Source: Bdellovibrionales bacterium (lineage in GTDB: Bacteria > Bdellovibrionota > Bacteriovoracia > Bacteriovoracales > Bacteriovoracaceae). Taken from it: 64,000 nt of DNA. Of the stretch, positions 26,364 through 35,463 are shown in pieces. Location of the stretch: NCBI GenBank assembly GCA_018646675.1, contig JABGUH010000039.1:3833-67832 (forward strand). Direction: 5' to 3'. The stretch's first letter is position 1; every line of letters begins with the position of its first letter. A program made the translations under genes and the position numbers. The notes beneath the pieces are model-generated. The model searched no databases. It was given only the letters and a program-made list of their open reading frames with translations, and was not told the DNA's origin.

Positions 26364-26948
26364 TTAAAGCAAAAGCTTAAATTTAATCTCAACCATGTCC
26401 CGAACAGTGGCAATCCAAATTGAAGGATCGGGAATCTTTAATGCGCTAAGCGTAACATTGGAATTTCCACTAACCAAGATCCCTTCAGCAACTTCTTTTA
26501 TCGTAACTCTAATGGTAATTGGCAGCTCTGCTCCTCGAAGATTGATCGTAGCTGGATAACTCTGCTCCGCGACTCCAATAGTGATCGGAGCGCCTAGCTG
26601 GACTTTAATAGTCGGGTACTCTTTCGCACTAAAACATTGAGTGTACATCTTCTCATTACGCCCATCAACGTCGGTATCCATATCTTTAACTGCAAACGAG
26701 ATTGTGGCCCCCGATTGAATCGCTTTTCCCTGACGTACAAAAGTCGTATCAAATTTTTTCACCACTCCGGTAAATCCGGTGGTGATTATGCCCGCCTTAG
26801 TACTCTCCATCTCAAAGTGGAGATGAGTTGCTGCTTTTACTGCTGCTTCATAGCTACTATAAGAGAAGCTACGAGTGGTATCAGCAGCAAATATCGTTAG
26901 GGAGAAAATCAACAGGGAGAAAACAGTAACAAATCTCATCTTGAACAC
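26364..26948 (-). CDS. Secreted YceI-like (polyisoprenoid/lipid-binding beta-barrel) protein
   Basis: 194 aa with signal peptide MFKMRFVTVFSLLIFSLTIFA. The pattern is YceI-like: HLHFEMES..GIITTGFTGVVKKF, KDMDTDVDGRNEKM...FSAKEYPTIKV and INLRGAELPITIRV. Confidence 0.55.
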   Translation of the reverse strand: MFKMRFVTVFSLLIFSLTIFAADTTRSFSYSSYEAAVKAATHLHFEMESTKAGIITTGFTGVVKKFDTTFVRQGKAIQSGATISFAVKDMDTDVDGRNEKMYTQCFSAKEYPTIKVQLGAPITIGVAEQSYPATINLRGAELPITIRVTIKEVAEGILVSGNSNVTLSALKIPDPSIWIATVRDMVEIKFKLLL

Positions 26949-26970
26949 CTCATAAGTTTCAAATTATAGT

Positions 26971-28149
26971 TTATACTTTCAATAATCTCTTCAGCCCTTC
27001 CAATGGAGAGTAGATATTACCAATAATTCCCAAGAAGATATCCCCTCGCTCTCGCCTCTTAATCAGAGCGGCAATCAACCAGATCAACCATGGAATCTTA
27101 ATAATAAATTGAAATGCAGTATTTAAAATAACTTTATGGCGAAAAAATACCCTCTTACGTTCAGCATATCGAGTTAAGGCTTGCTGGTAAAGGTGGCTTG
27201 ACTTGCCAACACCAACATTAGTTAACTCACTGGCCAGAGTGTTGGCACTCCAAAGTGCAACAAACATTCCCTCGCCGGTTAAGGGGTCTAAAAAGCCAGC
27301 AGCATCACCAATCAGTGTTGCATTTTTGGCGACAATTTTATCCATATGGTTAGTCAAAGGGGTAACACTACTAATACCGACGCTCTCTGGAATCGAGCCA
27401 TATCTTGCCTCTAGCTGATCTGAGAGCATAATAAAACTGTTTAAAAGAGCTCTTGGATTTTTCTCCTGCTTAAAAAGGCTGCTATCACAAACTAATGAGA
27501 GATTGACCTCATACTCCCCGGTTGGGTCTATTCCAATATAGTTACCATCGGAAAAGATATGCATCTCCCCTTGTCGACGGTTAAGCTGTTTTGCTTGTAA
27601 GTGGCACTGCAGGGCCACCTTGGAAGTATCGATCCCCTCCTTGAGGCCCAGCTCACGAGCAGTGAAAGAGTGGCGGCCATCTGCACCGACCAGTAGATTT
27701 GCCTCAATCTGCTCTGAATCCTTCAACTGCAACAAAAAGCCATCACTTCCTTGCGAAGTAATCTGGTTTACAGTTGTACCAAGACGAACCGTCACCCCGG
27801 CCGCTTGCGCCAAATCAAGGAACTTGCGATCCAAACTCTCCCGATTAACTGCAATCCCTAACTGTTTTCCTCCATGTGATGGAAAAGTGGCATCAACATG
27901 GTAACGATTAAGAGCAAAAATTTGCATTCCAGTAATGGGAAGAAATTGATCTACAATCTCCTCCTTTAGCCCGATACTCTTTAATAACGAGACACCCGAA
28001 GGGCAGAGATATTCACCACACACTTTACGCCTGATGGTGGCCGCCCGTTCCAGCACTATGACTGAAAATCCTCCCAGTGCTAGTTGACGTGCACAAAGAG
28101 ATCCTGCGGGTCCTCCCCCAACAATGGCAACATCAAATTTAGCTTTCAC
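26971..28149 (-). CDS. FAD-dependent oxidoreductase (geranylgeranyl-reductase / flavin monooxygenase-like) with a C-terminal membrane helix
   Basis: 392 aa. The dinucleotide-binding motif is DVAIVGGGPAGS and the second FAD motif is GDAAGFLDPLTGEGM. A hydrophobic C-terminal segment is FQFIIKIPWLIWLIAALI. Overlaps the upstream exporter gene by 11 nt. Confidence 0.72.
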   Translation of the reverse strand: MKAKFDVAIVGGGPAGSLCARQLALGGFSVIVLERAATIRRKVCGEYLCPSGVSLLKSIGLKEEIVDQFLPITGMQIFALNRYHVDATFPSHGGKQLGIAVNRESLDRKFLDLAQAAGVTVRLGTTVNQITSQGSDGFLLQLKDSEQIEANLLVGADGRHSFTARELGLKEGIDTSKVALQCHLQAKQLNRRQGEMHIFSDGNYIGIDPTGEYEVNLSLVCDSSLFKQEKNPRALLNSFIMLSDQLEARYGSIPESVGISSVTPLTNHMDKIVAKNATLIGDAAGFLDPLTGEGMFVALWSANTLASELTNVGVGKSSHLYQQALTRYAERKRVFFRHKVILNTAFQFIIKIPWLIWLIAALIKRRERGDIFLGIIGNIYSPLEGLKRLLKV

Positions 28150-30241
28150 TCACCGACTCCTTGATCCGATTATGGCCCAACAAGAGGGAGGGCAGAATAT
28201 AGAGGTCAAACAGCAAGCCGAAAAAGAGTATAATACCAAGATTAATTCCAAATTGTCTGATCGGCAAAAATTGGTTGGCCCCCAGCAATATAACACTGCC
28301 AATTAGCAGCAGAGAGCTGCTGACAATGGGAAGAATAGTGGTGGTCAGATAGTACTCAAAGCCTCTATGGCCCCCACTTCTTAAGGCATGTAACATATGA
28401 AAAGATGAGTCAACAATCATCCCCATGGCGATGGAGTAGGTCATCACAGTTGCAATATTTAAAGATAAATTTAACAGGTAACTAACAAATAGAGCTAAAA
28501 ATGCAGGTCCGATATTAACAATTAAAAAGATAAAAAAGAGCGAAGCCTTACGCAGATAGAGAGAGGCAATCAAACCAACCACGAGTAGTGCAATCAAAAA
28601 GCTTTGAGTTAAAATAGTTATCATCGCCTTTTGCGAGATCATCAGGTTGTAGTAAATACCATTAATCTGATAGCTGATCCCCTGTCGATCTAGATAGTTT
28701 CGCACAATCTCTAGGCCCTGGTGATAATCAGCAAAGTTAACTGGCACCCCTAGAAGTGACATTTTATAGTGATCATTAATCGGATAAGATCCTCTTATCC
28801 CCTCTTTAAGGCGTCCCCAAAGTAGCTGGTAGGCAGGAAGACTAGATGGCAAAATATCTAAACCGGAGTAGACTTTGTTTGCCGACTTTACCATCGAGTT
28901 GGCCGATAGTAGCTGGTCCGCTTTTAACTGAGGGGGGAGAAGGGTGACCAACTTTCGCTCCAGGCGATCAAACTTGATAATATCACCGGGGGTCAACCTC
29001 TCAGACGGAAGTTCGATCAGAATGTCATAAAGGGGAATACCGACTACTCGTTGATGGACAGAGTCGATCGAAGCTTTGATCCCATTGTCCTCTGGGAAGT
29101 AACGGGTCGCATCGGTTATCACCTCAATGCGACCAGCGGCCCATATTCCCAAAATTGATGATCCAATCATCAAGATCACAATCCACTTGCGAGGTAGAGA
29201 GTAGGTAACGAGTGGAGCAATCAAGCGATCTAAAGGGAAAAATCTTTTTAGGGTTAGAGCATTATTTAACAAAAAATCGCTACAAAGATAAAACCAAGCA
29301 AGCGAGTATAGCGATAATATTGGAATTAATACTGCTAACAGCATCCCAAACTGGGAGATCACCGTAATGGGGGCCACAACTAACGATCCAAAGCCGACAC
29401 TGGTGGTTAGAATCATTAGAGTAATCGGCCTCCCCTTCTCCCTCCAGGCCAAGGTAAAACTTTTTGTCCTGATAATCGAAAAATAGAGATGAAAATTTAG
29501 CGCCAAGGTGATGGAAAAAGCCATTAGCGGTACAATCGAGCTGACCATATTGACCGAGCCAAAAAACAGCTTAATTGGCACCAGTGAGATTGGAGCAGCA
29601 AATAGCGCCGGAAGAAATATTCCCAGTGCAGTCCATAGGTTGCGGCTCACCAGCAGTATTATAATCAGTGAACAGAGCATCAACAGGGGGAAGGCGCGCT
29701 CTTTAATCGCTCGTGAGTAGTGATCCAGTAGATAGTTAGTATAGGGAGTACCGGCAAACTCCAACAACTTAATCAGTGGGCCACCACTGAACTGCTCCTT
29801 AATCTGCTCAATTAACAAGGCAAAGGTAGTTTCACGCTCTCTGGAGGTAACTAAAAAAGAGAGATGATTATCTCCCATCAAACGAACAGGTCCAGCTAGA
29901 AACTCCTCTCTCTTCAGGGCCTGCTCAACCTTGTGAGGGCCACCATAGAGGTCGGCAGGAGTAATAAATTCAAATTTATCATCATGAGCGGCGATTAGGC
30001 GGTCAATCTTTTGCTGTAACTGTTGGTAGCGCTCAACTGACCGATCTCTGAGGCCAGGGGCGAGCAGCAAAGAGACGACTAACACCGGATGTTCCTGGGC
30101 ACCAGAGAGAAATTGTTGATACTCAGTTAATCCATCAGTGGTTAGAAAGATAGTCTCATGGTTGCGCTGAGCTAAATCACTAGTATAGATTGCACTAGCA
30201 ACTCCCAAAAGGAAAAGGAGCAATGGCAGTGCCGTTTTCAA
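28139..30241 (-). CDS. MMPL/RND-superfamily-like exporter
   Basis: 700 aa. The topology, read by eye, has an N-terminal anchor, a ~170-aa soluble loop and a block of ~5 TM helices. A second ~170-aa loop and another block of 5-6 TM helices follow. This is the MMPL/RND-type duplication. The TTG start lies 8 nt after GGAG. The family call is by architecture, not by motif. Confidence 0.6.
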   Translation of the reverse strand: MKTALPLLLFLLGVASAIYTSDLAQRNHETIFLTTDGLTEYQQFLSGAQEHPVLVVSLLLAPGLRDRSVERYQQLQQKIDRLIAAHDDKFEFITPADLYGGPHKVEQALKREEFLAGPVRLMGDNHLSFLVTSRERETTFALLIEQIKEQFSGGPLIKLLEFAGTPYTNYLLDHYSRAIKERAFPLLMLCSLIIILLVSRNLWTALGIFLPALFAAPISLVPIKLFFGSVNMVSSIVPLMAFSITLALNFHLYFSIIRTKSFTLAWREKGRPITLMILTTSVGFGSLVVAPITVISQFGMLLAVLIPILSLYSLAWFYLCSDFLLNNALTLKRFFPLDRLIAPLVTYSLPRKWIVILMIGSSILGIWAAGRIEVITDATRYFPEDNGIKASIDSVHQRVVGIPLYDILIELPSERLTPGDIIKFDRLERKLVTLLPPQLKADQLLSANSMVKSANKVYSGLDILPSSLPAYQLLWGRLKEGIRGSYPINDHYKMSLLGVPVNFADYHQGLEIVRNYLDRQGISYQINGIYYNLMISQKAMITILTQSFLIALLVVGLIASLYLRKASLFFIFLIVNIGPAFLALFVSYLLNLSLNIATVMTYSIAMGMIVDSSFHMLHALRSGGHRGFEYYLTTTILPIVSSSLLLIGSVILLGANQFLPIRQFGINLGIILFFGLLFDLYILPSLLLGHNRIKESVSES

Positions 30242-30244
30242 AGT

Positions 30245-31300
30245 TTATCTCCACTCCAACAGAATACTCTGGGCGGTAAAACCGGGGCCAAATGCCAACA
30301 TATATCCCTTCGCCCCTGCTTGAAACTCCTGTTGCTGCAACATGCGGTTTAATACAAAAATAACTGTCGCACTACTCATATTGCCATACTCCCGCAAGAT
30401 CGCCTTTGAGTCCAAAATATTGCGATCATAGGTGGTCAGATACTCTTCAACCATATGGGATATCTTCTTACCCCCGGGATGAAAAATATAGTGAGCAACA
30501 TCCTGAAAGGAGAGCCCATTGCGTTTGAAAAATGGCTCAATAATTCCCGGAAAATGAGACTGTATCTCAAACGGCACATCCTTATCCAGTACAATTTTAA
30601 GGCCAGAGTTGGTCAGATGATACCCCATCAGGTGAGTATTATCCGGAAAATGGTACATCGAGGTGTCAATAATAGTTGGCGCAACCTGGGGAGTATCCCC
30701 CAAAATGACACAAGAGGCTCCATCAGCAAAAGTTGCTGCACTGACGAAGTTCTCCATCGAGTGATCACCCTTTTGAAAAGTGATGGTGGGGGTCTCCACT
30801 GAGACTAGTGCCACCCTCTTTCCGGGGTTGCCCTTTAAGTATTGATGGGCATAGATCAGGCCAGAAGTTCCACCAGCACATCCCATCTCCGTTACTGGCA
30901 GTCGTTCAATATCTCCACGCATTTTTAACTGGTTAACTAGATAGGCATCCACCGATGGGATCATAAAGCCAGTACAACTGGTAGTTATAATGTAATCAAT
31001 ATCTGTTGGCTTTAGATCTGCCTTGGCCAGGGCCAAGAGGAGAACCTTCTCCCCCATTTTCTTCATCGCTTCTATATAGAGGTCATTTTTCTCCTCAAAT
31101 GACAGGTCGGAGAAGATCTGCTCAATTGGTAGTACTGAGCAACGAGAGTCAATATTGGATCCCTTCAATATAGTAACTGCTTTCCGCGCCGTCCGAGGGT
31201 CAACCGCTACAAACCAGCTGCGCTTTAAATAATCAACAATTTCAGGAGTCTCATAACGATACTCTCCCGGCAGTGCTGCTGTAGCGATCACCTTGCTCAT
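30245..31300 (-). CDS. Type III polyketide synthase (chalcone-synthase-like)
   Basis: The Cys-His-Asn triad sits in CHS-type contexts: ITTSCTGFMIPS, YIFHPGGKKI and YGNMSSATV. A C-terminal AFGPGFT is also present. This is not the FabH pattern. The ATG at 31300 (MSKVIATAALPG...) is preceded by GGGGGAGAG; the track start is 31321. Confidence 0.85.
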   Translation of the reverse strand: MSKVIATAALPGEYRYETPEIVDYLKRSWFVAVDPRTARKAVTILKGSNIDSRCSVLPIEQIFSDLSFEEKNDLYIEAMKKMGEKVLLLALAKADLKPTDIDYIITTSCTGFMIPSVDAYLVNQLKMRGDIERLPVTEMGCAGGTSGLIYAHQYLKGNPGKRVALVSVETPTITFQKGDHSMENFVSAATFADGASCVILGDTPQVAPTIIDTSMYHFPDNTHLMGYHLTNSGLKIVLDKDVPFEIQSHFPGIIEPFFKRNGLSFQDVAHYIFHPGGKKISHMVEEYLTTYDRNILDSKAILREYGNMSSATVIFVLNRMLQQQEFQAGAKGYMLAFGPGFTAQSILLEWR

Positions 31301-31482
31301 ACACTCTCCCCCCACCAGCATCTGTTAGATAAGCCACCATTATACTCACAATTCAAGAATTGTCGGTTTCTTAATGTTATTATTTTGTATTTATTGGCCT
31401 TAAATGCTACTCTTTCGACCTTTTTATATCGATATAAATTTTAATAATGATAATTAATATCAAAAAAATGGAGTTAAGCAAG

Positions 31483-32613
31483 ATGAAGAGAATCGCCCTA
31501 CTACTATGCTGCCTACTGTTTCTAATCGCCTGTCAAGAGCAGACCACTCACCAGACCACCTCATTGGCAGGGGCCGCTAGTGCTAGCTGCTCTAGTGACA
31601 ATGCTACTCCTACTACCAGTGGAAACAGAGCACTATTCTCCATCGGCAAGCAGAGTTTTTTTACGACAGATCTTTCAGCCGAGGCGCAAGATGCTATCTA
31701 TACAGCTCAACAACAAGCCTATCAAAAGGTAAGCGCTATCGCCCAAGAGCATGCGCTAAAAGTAGTCCTATCCAAAAAGGCGGGTAAATTTAAGGCCAAT
31801 GCTCCTCTTCCTCCATTGGCCGATCTTCTCACTCTTCCAACTCCCAACGAAAAGGAGCTGAAGAAATTCTTTGATGCCAACAAGCACCGTCTACCTCCAG
31901 AGGCAACCTATGAGCAGATGAAGGGACAGATTCAAAACTACCTCAAGGGCCAACAGATGGGGGCAATATTCAAGCAGCAGGTAGAGGAGATGAAGAAGAG
32001 TCAAGGCTTTCAACTTCATCTGGCCGCTCCGCTCTCCCCTTCGATCAATATTAAGACGGCAGCGTATCCTACCCGTGGTGACAGCAGTTCTAAAGTTAAG
32101 GTAATTGAGGTCTCCGACTATCTCTGTCCCCACTGTCAACACGCGCACCATGAAGTTCAAGAGATTGTAAAAAAATATGGCGATAAAATCCAACTAACCC
32201 AAATTAACTTCTCTCTACGTCCTAATGGTCTAAGCGGCACCTTTGTGCGTGGGGCCCTATGCACTCAAAAGCTGGCGCCCAAAAAATTCTGGGAGTACCA
32301 CAAACTTGCCTTCGCCATGGCTGAAGCAAAGCCCAAGACAGATCAAGAGCAAAAAACTTACATGGCCATTTTACAAGATGGAAAATCAGCAGCAGCGGTA
32401 ACAAAAATCGCCACGCTGGCAACTCACTTAAAGATCTCCCCCGCAAAATTCGAAAGCTGTATAAAAGATCCGAAGATTGCCGCCAGAGTTGTGGCCATCG
32501 GAGATCAACTATCCAAGCTGGGGATACGTGGGACTCCCCTCTTTATCGTTAACAACAAGAAGCTAGCGGGTGGAGCACATCAACTAGAAGAGGCAATCAA
32601 AAAAGCACTCTAG
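31483..32613 (+). CDS. DsbA-family thiol:disulfide oxidoreductase lipoprotein with a long N-terminal extension
   Basis: CPHC active site (VIEVSDYLCPHCQHAH) and cis-Pro loop GTPLFIV. The preferred start is ATG 31483, 9 nt after GGAG. It gives MKRIALLLCCLLFLIAC, with lipobox L-I-A-C. About 190 aa of helical Q/K-rich extension precede the thioredoxin fold. Confidence 0.7.
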   Translation: MKRIALLLCCLLFLIACQEQTTHQTTSLAGAASASCSSDNATPTTSGNRALFSIGKQSFFTTDLSAEAQDAIYTAQQQAYQKVSAIAQEHALKVVLSKKAGKFKANAPLPPLADLLTLPTPNEKELKKFFDANKHRLPPEATYEQMKGQIQNYLKGQQMGAIFKQQVEEMKKSQGFQLHLAAPLSPSINIKTAAYPTRGDSSSKVKVIEVSDYLCPHCQHAHHEVQEIVKKYGDKIQLTQINFSLRPNGLSGTFVRGALCTQKLAPKKFWEYHKLAFAMAEAKPKTDQEQKTYMAILQDGKSAAAVTKIATLATHLKISPAKFESCIKDPKIAARVVAIGDQLSKLGIRGTPLFIVNNKKLAGGAHQLEEAIKKAL

Positions 32614-32624
32614 GAGAGCAAAAA

Positions 32625-34064
32625 TTATTTTTTCCAAAATGAGGGAAGAAATAGCACAAAGATAGTAAAAATCTCCAATCTTCCGGCCAACATACAGAAG
32701 GCAAGAACAATTTTAGCGGTATCGGTCAACGGAGCGAAGGTCTCTGTTGGCCCGACCACTCCTAATCCGGGCCCAATGTTACTTAAGCAGGCGATAGTAG
32801 CACTAAAAGCGGAGATCATATCCATCCCCTGAGCAATTAGGATCAAACTAGCAATAAAAAAAATTCCGGAATAGATAGAAAAGTAACCTAACACCCGTTG
32901 CACAACTCCAACCGGAACAATTCTTCTCCCCATCGAGAGTGGACGTACTCCTTTGGGGTGAACCAGCAAAAAAAGCTGATTTACCGAGTGCTTGAGGGTG
33001 ATCAATAGACGTACAACTTTGGCCCCTCCACCGGTAGAGCCAGCACATCCACCAATCACCATTAAAATAATCAATCCAAACTGCACCAGCGGGGCCCAAA
33101 GTAGATAGTTAACCGTTGCAAAACCGGTACTAGTGCCTAATGAGACCACTTGGAAGGAGGCGTCTCTAATTGTAATCCAGAGATCAGCTGAAGGAGTGTA
33201 GTTAATTCCGACAATCGCTAAAATAGTTAAGAGAAAAATCAACAGGTAGTAGCGAAACTCCTCGTTACCAAAGTAGCGAATCCTCCCTTTGATCAGAAGG
33301 TGGTAGTGCAAGGTGAAGTTGATCCCGGCCAAAAACATAAAGAGAATAAATATCCAGTGAACATAGCTACTTTGAAAGAAGGCAACGCTTTGATCATAAT
33401 TGGAGAATCCCCCAGTTGCTAGCGTGGTAAAGGAGTGGGTAATAGCATCAAAAAAACCAACCCCTCCCAACATTAGCAGCACTATTTGTAAAATTGTTAA
33501 CAGAAAGTAGACCCCCCACAGTGACTTGGCAGTCTCCTGAATTTTAGGAGTTAGACGCTCCTTGGTCGGGCCAGGAACCTCGGCTTGAAATAGCTGCACC
33601 CCACCAACTCCTAAAAAAGGTAGAATAGCAACCGAGAGAACAATAATTCCCATCCCACCTAGCCACTGAATCAATGCACGCCAAAAGAGTAGCGAGGGAG
33701 GGACAGATTGTAGTGAGGAGATAATGGTTGAGCCAGTGGTAGTAAAGCCTGACATGCTCTCAAAGTAGGAGTCAAGAAATGAGGGTACCACTCCGGAAAG
33801 ATAAAAAGGCAGTGCTCCCATCACAGCAATAATCAACCAGCCAAATGCGACGATACCAAACCCCTCCCGATGGGTTAGCTCTTCACGGCCGCGAAAACCA
33901 AAATAGAGCACCGCTCCCAATACGATAGTGATGACAATCGACTGGAGAAAAATATCAATCAGACCATCCTGATAATAGCCCGAGACCATCACCGGAAAGA
34001 ACATGGTCATCGCCAGGGACATTAGTAGCCCCCCCAGAATATGTAACATTAGCTTAAGATTCAT
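32625..34064 (-). CDS. trkH: TrkH-family potassium uptake membrane protein
   Basis: 479 aa and polytopic, with repeated selectivity-filter-like segments (SGFTTTGST, TLATGGFS, LGTSTGFAT, GCAGSTGGGAK). Sits directly downstream of trkA with an 11-nt overlap. Confidence 0.88.
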   Translation of the reverse strand: MNLKLMLHILGGLLMSLAMTMFFPVMVSGYYQDGLIDIFLQSIVITIVLGAVLYFGFRGREELTHREGFGIVAFGWLIIAVMGALPFYLSGVVPSFLDSYFESMSGFTTTGSTIISSLQSVPPSLLFWRALIQWLGGMGIIVLSVAILPFLGVGGVQLFQAEVPGPTKERLTPKIQETAKSLWGVYFLLTILQIVLLMLGGVGFFDAITHSFTTLATGGFSNYDQSVAFFQSSYVHWIFILFMFLAGINFTLHYHLLIKGRIRYFGNEEFRYYLLIFLLTILAIVGINYTPSADLWITIRDASFQVVSLGTSTGFATVNYLLWAPLVQFGLIILMVIGGCAGSTGGGAKVVRLLITLKHSVNQLFLLVHPKGVRPLSMGRRIVPVGVVQRVLGYFSIYSGIFFIASLILIAQGMDMISAFSATIACLSNIGPGLGVVGPTETFAPLTDTAKIVLAFCMLAGRLEIFTIFVLFLPSFWKK

Positions 34065-35424
34065 CTGCCACTATTTTTTTAGCAAAGAGAGGCTCTACCT
34101 TACTCATGCTGTCGGAACGACAAAGCAAAATAACATGATCACGCTCACTGAAGATATCTTTACCACCAGGGAATATAACCTGCCCACTATGACGAACAAT
34201 CGCACAGATGCGCACCCCTTCAGGAAATTTTAAATTAATAATGGTCGTACCTAAAAGTGATGAGTCACCACCTAACACAAACTCAATCACCTCCGCTTCA
34301 ACATGCTCCAGCATCGCCAATGAGCGAACATTATCCCCCCGCAAATATTTTAAAATAGCACTAGAAATTGCTAGACGTGGATTAACTGAGGAGTTAATTC
34401 CTAAAGATGTGGCCAGATGAATATAGTCCATGTTGTCTACAATGCAAATTGCACTATTAACCCCTAGCTGCTTGGCCAAAAGTCCAGTTAAGATATTGGT
34501 CTGATCATCCGGAGTCATCGCTAAAAAAAAGTCCGCTTTGGCAATCCCCTCCGACTTCATCGTCTCAATATCACGATCATCGGTACAAAGGACGAGGCTA
34601 TTACGCAATGCCTCGGTTAACTCTTCACAGCGCTCTTTTGAGCGGTCGATAATTTTAATTACATAGTTTTTATGTGAGAGCCTTTTAACCACCTCTAAAG
34701 CAATTCTCCCTCCACCCAGAACAAAGAGACTCTTCTTCTTGCCACTACTATGGCCGAGGTATCGCTCTAAAGAGATTAGTGAGCTGTGTTTACAGATAAA
34801 GGCCAAGGTGTCACCGGCAGCAATCTCCATATCCTCTCGAGGAAAAACCATCTTTTTATTTCGAGTACTGGAAACCAGTTTACCTCCAATTTTACTATAG
34901 TTCTCAAAGATCGCCTTCATCTTCTCTCCGACTAAAGGAGACTCAGGTTTGATAGTATAACAAGCAAAGGTCACCTCTTTGCGGGCAAATTCAAAAGCCT
35001 CGGTCGCATTCGAGTGCTGGATCATATTAACAATGTCATGAGCAGTTACACTAATCGGACGAACAAGAAAATCAACTCCAAAGTGCTGGGGGGTCAATTT
35101 ATGGCCCGTCTTAAAGTAATCGGTATCCACGACTCGGGCCACCACCTGTGGTACTCCGTACGCTTTGGCGATCTTGGCGGCCGTAAGATTCACTTCATCA
35201 TTATCAGTTACCGCAATTAAGAGGTCACTCTTGACAACTCCAGCCTGTAGCAGGATCTCTTCGCTTTGCCCATTGCCAGGTATTAATAGGCAGTCAATTT
35301 TGTCATAAATTGCTAGATCAGAGTCAGGGCATTTTTCAACGATAGTAACCTCATGTCCTTCTCCAGAGAGAGTCTTTGCCAAGTGCAACCCAACATCTCC
35401 ACCCGACAGAATTATTATCTTGAT
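34054..35424 (-). CDS. trkA: Trk system NAD-binding protein TrkA (two RCK modules)
   Basis: Collinear with E. coli TrkA, with a second Rossmann motif at LFVLGGGRIALEV. The track ORF starts at TTG 35388, which would delete the first GxGxxG. The frame is open upstream and reads (ATC)-KIIILSGGDVGLHLAK after AAGGAGG. I therefore place the start at the ATC codon 35422-35424 (see findings). Confidence 0.82.
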   Translation of the reverse strand: MKIIILSGGDVGLHLAKTLSGEGHEVTIVEKCPDSDLAIYDKIDCLLIPGNGQSEEILLQAGVVKSDLLIAVTDNDEVNLTAAKIAKAYGVPQVVARVVDTDYFKTGHKLTPQHFGVDFLVRPISVTAHDIVNMIQHSNATEAFEFARKEVTFACYTIKPESPLVGEKMKAIFENYSKIGGKLVSSTRNKKMVFPREDMEIAAGDTLAFICKHSSLISLERYLGHSSGKKKSLFVLGGGRIALEVVKRLSHKNYVIKIIDRSKERCEELTEALRNSLVLCTDDRDIETMKSEGIAKADFFLAMTPDDQTNILTGLLAKQLGVNSAICIVDNMDYIHLATSLGINSSVNPRLAISSAILKYLRGDNVRSLAMLEHVEAEVIEFVLGGDSSLLGTTIINLKFPEGVRICAIVRHSGQVIFPGGKDIFSERDHVILLCRSDSMSKVEPLFAKKIVADES

Positions 35425-35463
35425 GGTCCCCTCCTTGGGATTAAACGGTTAATCTCTTATAAA

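Noticed and set aside
34054-35388. trkA as an N-terminally truncated pseudogene
   Set aside because: The reading frame is open and conserved for 12 more codons, up to a strong RBS, and the rest of the gene is intact and coupled to trkH. A non-canonical start or a single base-call error is more likely than decay.
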